Assembly: GCA_951406725.2 (NCBI GenBank)
Contig: OX597831.1
Coordinates: forward strand, 60,636,001 to 60,700,000
Reading direction: 5' to 3'
DNA: 64,000 bases
From: Octopus vulgaris
Taxonomy: Eukaryota
The translations under genes and the position numbers were made by a program. The notes under the pieces were generated by a model, which saw only the letters and a program-made list of their open reading frames with translations, did no database searches and was not told where the DNA came from. Shown in pieces: positions 55,910-64,000 of this stretch (position 1 is the first letter of the stretch; the number at the start of each line of letters is the position of its first letter).

Positions 55910-57062
55910 TTGCATATGAGGTGTATTTCCGAAATTCTAAGATTTTTTACGGGAGGCTTTTATAACTGCCCAACGTTATTGGAATTTCATAATATAATAC
56001 ATATACATCGAACAAGATAACTTGCTAACTTTTGTTATCCAGATTGAAGGAAAGCTCTGTAACTTAACTGTGTTAACACTCTACAGAAACATATGAAATG
56101 CTCCAGACTGAACATAGATAAAATTTTATGAGCCGAATATCTGTTATTCGCTAGTAGAAGAGGCCAAGCAGAGAAATTTTACAAGACAGCGCTAGATCAT
56201 ACCTCTTTCGCCATCAGGGGAATCATTTATATCCATTCTGATTTCTCTGAGTAGACCTCAACAAAATATTCCTTGTATTGGTTTTGAGGCAATTCAGGAG
56301 GAGATTTTGTCGGAAAAGGCCATAGCATGTGCCCCAGGAAAATACATGAGTCTACAGATCCATCAAGGTAACCAACAACTTTACAGAGATGAGCATAATA
56401 TCTCCCCCCTCCCACTCGCTACAATCCACACATTGCACTATCTGAATTTTGATAGTTCCCCAAGTTGTAGGAGAAGCTAAATAAGGCTGTGACATGGGTT
56501 CAAGGCACTTCCACTGACTTTTAAAAGAGTTCATAGCCAATTAACGAAGTGTGTATGCCGTACGGGTATTTACTTGCAGCGGACAGAAAACCACCCGCTT
56601 TTGCGAAAATAAACGATTGACACTTTCGTACATTTATAGATCTGGAACTTGGGGTAGAGTTCTTAATCTCCAGTCTCCCGCCCTTTGAAACATCAATGTT
56701 CATAGCTTCATAGTATAGCTCCCTTGTTGGCCTCTCTCAAACGTTAATCACCCAGCATTTCATACGCTGAAACATTTTGTAGCACTGTTATATTAATATA
56801 TATATTTAACTTCTTATATCTATAAACCAAAAGCAGATATTTACATGTGTTGCTAGTCACATAGTGATTACCACCAACTATTGTATTTTCCGTGCGCAAG
56901 TTAAATAAAAAGCGTTTTCTTTTTCTAAATTACATCATAAAATGTCGCAATTAAACAGTGATGAAATACTATAAAATATTTATGCGACATTCCATATATT
57001 CATTCGTACACGCATACATACACATCTCTACAAAACTGCATATGTGGATGTATTCTCTTATT

Positions 57063-57690
57063 CTTTTACTTGTCTCTGTCACTCGACTGCGGCCATGCTG
57101 AAGCAACGCATTTAGTCGAACAAATCACCCCAGTTCTTATTCTTTGCAAGCATAGTACGTATTCTATCGGTCTCTGTTCCCGAACCGCTAAGTCACGAAC
57201 ATCGCTTGACAAGCGATGTGGGGGTACAAAGACAGATATACAAGTACATGCATATACACACGCATCACACATACACACACACGCATATATATATATATAT
57301 TATTGTTATTTTATATTTAATATTTCTATTATATGTAATTTTCTAGATGGTGTAATTTAATTGTTTATTTTGAATTGATAAAAGGTGTTCTTGTCAAATT
57401 TTCCTATATATATATATTATATCTTCTGAAATTTGATTTAGTATTTCTCAATTGAATTTTTCCCTGTAAGTTAGGAATAAAATGCCCTCAAATTATTTTT
57501 ATTATATAATTATTATCATTATATATACAACTGCCTTCTTTCTATTTCCGTCTACCAAATCCACTCGTAAAGCGTTGGTCGGACCGAGGCTATAGTAGAA
57601 GACACTTATTGAAGGTGTCACGTAGTGGGACTGAACCCGGGACAATGTGATTGGGAAGTAAGCTTCTTACCACACACAAACTTTTGCGCC
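57063..57690 (-). mobile_element. tRNA-derived SINE family B, interrupted by an AT-rich insert (~57290-57525)
   Basis: Reverse complement has a tRNA-like head (gtgtggtaagaagct...gggttcagtccca), a CORE-like 'ccttcaataagtgtcttctactatagcctcgg' segment, and the tail 'cagcatggccgcagtcgagtgacagagacaagtaaaa'. Confidence 0.8.
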
Positions 57691-58829
57691 TTTATATATA
57701 TGTATAAAAATATTCAAATTTATACTGAAAGTGACTGGCAAATGACTTACGTGTTAATAAATATAAATTAAATAAAGCAACTTTTATTGACTTTTATTCC
57801 CTATAAGAAGTCGATGTTAAACACAAAATGAATACATGTAATGATAAATGCAAAAATACGTGAATATATATAATAAAGAAAGGCACAAAATCAGAAATTA
57901 AAATTCAAAATTTACTTCACATAAAAATTACCAGAAGTTAAATCATTCGAATTAATAATTAGTTTTGTTGTTGCTTACAAAGTTTATTATTTTGATACAA
58001 GTACCATGCAAATACGACAGCTATCAGAATTTATTTCCTAACTGGCTCTTATATTACAAAATAATTGTGCATATGCACGCTTCTGTACATACATTAGCAC
58101 TGGCGTGCATTCATATATAGTGAGTGTTACACATGTGGTGTTTTGTTAATCTATTTTAAATGGTTAATGCAATCGTAAATATATTGTCACCAGGGTTTGT
58201 CAAACTGCATTCTGCCCGTATCACACTGATTGTCCGTATTAAGAGACGGATATCATTATTTGCAAAACAGGTAGCCTCTAATGCACATTTCGTTCATGCC
58301 ACAATGATTTTAGTATTTCCTATGGAATTCAAAGGAGGATGCGCATATCTGAAGACACACAGTAGGAGAAATAAGACAGCTATCAGGATTTATTTCCTAA
58401 CTGGCTCTTCTAATATTACAAAATAATTGTGCATATTCACACGTATGTATATACAGAAACACGCCACACTGATACAATATATATTTGTATATACAGTCAC
58501 ACATACACAAACACACTTACAGACATATATACATATATGTGAATGTGTGAGTACTTAGATGTATTACTGCTGGTGTATGTATTGTGCTCATATATAAAAT
58601 TGAGATGTATGAGATTAATAGCCCAATCAATACTCACTCATGAAATACCGTTATCTATGCAGTTTAACCCTTGAGAATCTACTTATGAATTTCAACATTA
58701 CAAAAGATTTACATATTTCGGAAATGATATATCTATATTTTATTTTAATACCCATTGATATGTGTGTATGTGTTCTTGTTTGTGCACGTGCGTCTGTGCA
58801 TGTTCTCGCGCACATATGCTTATAAAAGT

Positions 58830-58935
<106 letters not shown>

Positions 58936-60141
58936 TTATATATATACATATATATATATACATATACATATATACACATATCCTATGTGTGTCTATATAT
59001 ATGTATATATATATATGTATATATATACTCTATGTGTGTGTATTTATATATTTGCTAGGCTTCATACACACGTATGTATGCATGTGGTGACTGAGCATGA
59101 GAGTGTGTGTCCTTGTGCATGTGTAGTCTTTGTTAGAAATTTAACGGCAGCATTTGATTTCTTGAATGATATTCCATTGGAATAGAACATCTGTTGGAGT
59201 CTGAAATGCTTTCAGCGATCTGTTATATAGTTACTTCTTTGTGTTTGCTTTACATTTTATAGTGAATTTTGATTGTATAGCTTCCTATATTTCAAATATA
59301 TTTCATGAGTTATTATTTCAATGAACCTTTGTTGAAGTATGGCATCTTCTGTTGTAATGTTCTCAACAGATAACTGAAAGCATTTCAGTGTGTTCCATTT
59401 TGTTCTCTATATTGCCTCTTCTCATATCGGTCTACACGTATAAAACCAAATCTTAACTTTTCAAAGGTTACTTGGAGGCAAAATGTATGAAAATAGGAAA
59501 ACTGTACATTTGAATATGCTAATGCAATTTTTTAATAGAGCTTCTCTTCTCTATTTTATTAATAAAAAAAGAAAAGAAATGTCTTTGGTATTTTTATTTT
59601 CTTTTTATGAATTCAAATCAATCTCCATGCGTGTCTCGCTTTTATCTAACACAATCATATACATTCAGTTTTCTATATTTTAAATGACGTTGTTTTATTT
59701 ATTTTAAGAATTCTTTCAAATTTCAAACTTAGTAATGTTACACAAAAATATTTACATATAATAAATAAGAACAATTTCTCTAAATTATCTCCATCTTTTT
59801 ATTTTATTTTTACAGTGCATTATTATATTTCAATATTTTATATAAATGTGTAGGAATGTTAATGCTACTCTGTATTCCCAAGCCAGACGAGAGTGACCAT
59901 CTAAACTTTTAAGACAGAATATTTTGAACTATATTACTTAATATGTCCTTTTTTCCAGGCGATAAATTATTCCTTTAAATATATTTCTAGCAAAATAAAG
60001 CATCAGAGGAATGCACAATTATTGAGGTTCATTTACATCACGCATTAGCATCTTTAAAGAATAAAATACATCTAACACAATATAATACTCGATAATACTA
60101 TGCCTGAGTAGAATATATATATATATGTGTGAGTGAATGTA

Positions 60142-60176
<35 letters not shown>

Positions 60177-60445
60177 CTGTGTGACTGTAAACACTCTAAT
60201 ATCGAATACTGAGAAGGCGTGCTCAACAACATATTGGTGGATAAATGATTTTTCTGTGTGTGTGGCAAGGCTACAAATGGTTTCATGTCAGAGTGATCTA
60301 CAAACAATTGTCATGCATACCGCATTTGAACGGTCCAAATAATTTGCATTTTGGATGATAATGCAATAGTTTACACAGGTTTTACGTGATTTTGATGTAA
60401 ACACATATAATGATAATGGGAGGTTATATATAAGTACATCGTAAT

Positions 60446-60680
60446 GCCGGCGAGCTGGCAGAAACGTTAGCATGGCGGGCGAAATGCGTAGCCTTATTTC
60501 GTCTACCGTTACGTTCTGGGTTCATATTCCGCCAAAGTTGACTTTGCCTTTCATCCTTTCGGGGTCGATAAATTAAGTACCAGTTACGCACTGGGGTCGA
60601 TGTAATCGACTTAATCCGTTTGTCCGTCCTTGTTTGTGCCCTCTATGTTTAGCCCCTTGTGGGTAATAAAGAAACATATC
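60446..60680 (+). mobile_element. Full-length SINE family A with 13-bp target-site duplication
   Basis: agtacatcgtaat at 60433-60445 and 60681-60693; A box TGGCAGAAACG; B-box-like GGGTTCATATTCC. Confidence 0.92.
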
Positions 60681-63532
60681 AGTACATCGTAATTGTCATC
60701 TCCCTTACAACAGGCTCGCATTATTGCAGGGAGCTGTGTTCACTATAGTTTAATTGCTTAATCATCTGAAGGGAGAACGCTCGTGTGCCTCTAAATTTTA
60801 AAATATAAGTATAATTGCTGAAATTCCTACAAATGTGAACAATGTACATAATGCAAGTACATATATGTGGATATGGACATCCACACAAAACACAAACACA
60901 CACTAAGATATACCCACGTATGCAAATGTATGTATACATATCTGTGTGTGTTTCTGCGTGGGTTTGAATGTGTATGTTTGTGTGTGTATGTGTGTGTGTG
61001 CACGTATGTGGTAAAAGAAAGACGGAAGATGGAAGATACATGAATTTATCTTATTCCCTATAATTGGTTCGACATTTCTAGCTTATTTACTCGAGCTTGA
61101 ATACGTATACATTTTTGTGGGATCCCGCAGATTTGTGACAACCTTCGTCCATGAGTTTGTAATATATGTTCTATAAATTTTTTTTTTTCGTGAATCCTTA
61201 TGCACATATATCTGTGTAATAATGTAATCCAGCCTAAGTATATGGGTGCATATTGTCTTTTTGGTAAATCAGTGTTATCGGGCAATTAGTTTTACACAAA
61301 CATTTTACTATTGGTTAATAAATCCTAGGAAAATCAAAATAGGCATTATTTGCAAAAGGTATACTAGACTACATCATACGAAACATCAGATCCATTTCAA
61401 ATTTTACTCAATATATGTGTAGCCGTACAACGACAGGTTGTTTCCAGACAATTGAAAATAATCCTACACGAAAATTTATTACTTTGGATATCTCGGTCAT
61501 TAACCCGTCGATATCCGAAAACCTGCTCCATTGTCACTTGAACGTAATAAAGCATATAATAAATCATATAAAACGGTTACAATACTGATGTCGCCATTAT
61601 AATGAATTCAAGGCAATTGATTTTCACAATTTGGTGCAATAAAGATTATACTACTTTTAAAGTTACCCTTTCTGATGGGGCGTTGTAGTCTGGGGATACC
61701 TTATTTTGAAAGTACCTTCATTAGCGGCAGATAGATTAGAAACACGTCTCCTAGCGGGTGCAAAAGAATGGGGAAGGAATATTTGAGATGGAAGAGAAAT
61801 AGTGGATGTGGCTGCGCATTACATCCTACAAGATCTTTAAAAATATTTGGAAGAAACCGACAGGATGCCATTCAGGACGATTTTCTAGTAGTAGTACAAC
61901 AAAAAAAGGATACGAAATATATGATATAAGGCCAACCTTTTGAAAAATATTTACTCAACTAATACTAAAATCTACGATTAACCTTAACCTCAGAAACATT
62001 ACATTATGTATATTAATATGAATAAGCATACAGGCTAATTTAAACAACATTATAAACCAAATGAAAACACCACCTACATTGAGTTGGGATCCATCTGACT
62101 CATCAATAATGAAGCCATTAATTAATCGCACCAGGATACATGATTCCAACCTATCCGCCCCTGATAAAGCTACTTCCAAAATAAGGCAGCCCCATACTAC
62201 ACCGCCGCATTAGGACGAGTAAGTTTATAAGTAGTATAACTTTTATTGAACGAAATGTAACTCAACCAAAAAGACCTAGACACAGGAAAACATTATGATA
62301 CGATGCTCCCTATAACATGAATGTGGCCAGAACATAATCATATTATTCCTAAACCCTGTGTGCAAATATACATAGACACTCACAAGCACACGCTCAGGCA
62401 CACACGTATAGAAAACATACACACAGGCACATAAACACGCGCACACAACCTGACACACACACGCACGTATGCAGAAACACACCACACAACACACAAACAC
62501 ACAAGGACACAGTTGCTCACATTCACCCACCATGTTATCCTCCCCCCTCGTTACATTATGAACTACACCCTACAGCCAAAAACATTCAACAGGAATGCGA
62601 CCGAACTGACCTAGAGCAAAAAGGCCGAACCTTACAGAGGTCACGGATGGCTCGGGAACACAAACTCACAAGCAGTCACAGCACACACACGAACTCGTAC
62701 AGGCAAGTATGTATACACAAATACGAGTAAATTCTTCGTTTCCTCTGACCCTTACCGTCTCTTCTAAAAACACACTTATCCACACACATGCAAACATGCA
62801 TGCATACAAACTAATTCTCTAGTAGACTCAGTACAAACTTCGCAAACATTGTAGACTTTCGAGCGAGACAGGAAGCGGTCGGAACTACAGAGTAAGAACA
62901 GTGAATAACAAAGAACCGATAGATATTCTAACCAGTACATTTAACGAACGATCGATTATTTGGTCAGAAATTTTACAAATTGATAAAAATAGAGGAGTGG
63001 CATTGAACCTATACGGGTGTTGTTATTATTACATACATAATGAGCTTCAAGGCACAAAATATATGTATGCATATTCATATATACATATAGTATATAGACA
63101 TAACCTCCATGTATTTAGAATTATACGTGAAAGCCAAATTCCGTGCATTTATGTTGAATTAAAAAGATATCCTATAACATTTTTAGCACAAAATCACGAT
63201 GGAACAAATCGATATTCTTCATGCAGCATTAATCAAATATGAAGATACTGATCAACAAGAAGATACCGATCAGTATAGAGCAACTACGGCCTAATCAGAT
63301 TACCTAAACCTAGCGAAGCGTTCTAACCTTTTACATATATGAGTATCTTCCCTTCTCCGAAAGGAATGTGAGCCAATGAATATCAAATCATAACTATTGA
63401 CCCACAGGAACACTTGTGAACAGCTGTAACCACCGCTTTAGAATTTCACAGTACATTTTACTAAACGGAATGACATTTTGATACTTCTGTGTTACATACA
63501 TATATATACAATGCATGCATATACATAAGCAC

Positions 63533-63590
<58 letters not shown>

Positions 63591-64000
63591 TTTGCTTTCT
63601 GAATTTTTAATCATCTCATAACAATGACTTTTATGAATTTTATTACTACCTCAGTCAATCTAAATGTATATATTTGTCGTTACCTCTCATGAAAAGCCTT
63701 TTCTTTTTTATTTACAATGTACATTCCCGTTTAATTTTCTTATTTTTCCCTTACATGTCCACGTGTATTTTATATTTTCTTTTTGTAACATATTTCTATT
63801 ATATATACATACATATACATGCACACACAAACACTCACACACACATATACATATATAGGTAATGAAAATTAAAGACGTGAACTCTGTTTAACAAACTACA
63901 GTGTAGGTCTTAATTTATTAAGCGATTAGATTATAATATTGATTAGACAAATTTCAAGGTCAATAATTCTTCCCTTCCACGCCGACACGCATCTAAACAA

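Noticed and set aside
62220-62900. CA-rich segment with minus-strand AATAAA, perhaps a retroelement 3' UTR
   Set aside because: No coding remnant or second copy in the window to support a call.

Overview
AT-rich, microsatellite-dense eukaryotic non-coding DNA. The SINE families and repeat landscape suggest a coleoid cephalopod such as Octopus; this is an inference from recall, not a search result. I found no intact host protein-coding gene, and most ORFs in the track are microsatellite read-through. The window holds decayed retroelements: several Penelope-like (PLE) RT and GIY-YIG fragments, a 5'-truncated CR1-clade LINE (45890-48330), a Dong/R4-like RT remnant (21480-22410), many tRNA-derived SINEs and a Tc1/mariner-type MITE. 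The most striking pattern is about 19 minimal type-I hammerhead-ribozyme-like motifs, ranging from near-intact to decayed. They belong to several unrelated short non-coding repeat families that usually sit in (TA)n tracts and often form fold-back (inverted) pairs, resembling a population of PLE-mobilised retrozyme/pLTR elements. Other observations: a divergent junction between two different PLE subfamilies, a SINE-LINE shared 3' tail, a recurrent SINE-into-SINE junction, a small ORF next to a long hairpin, and three candidate minus-strand non-coding exons.
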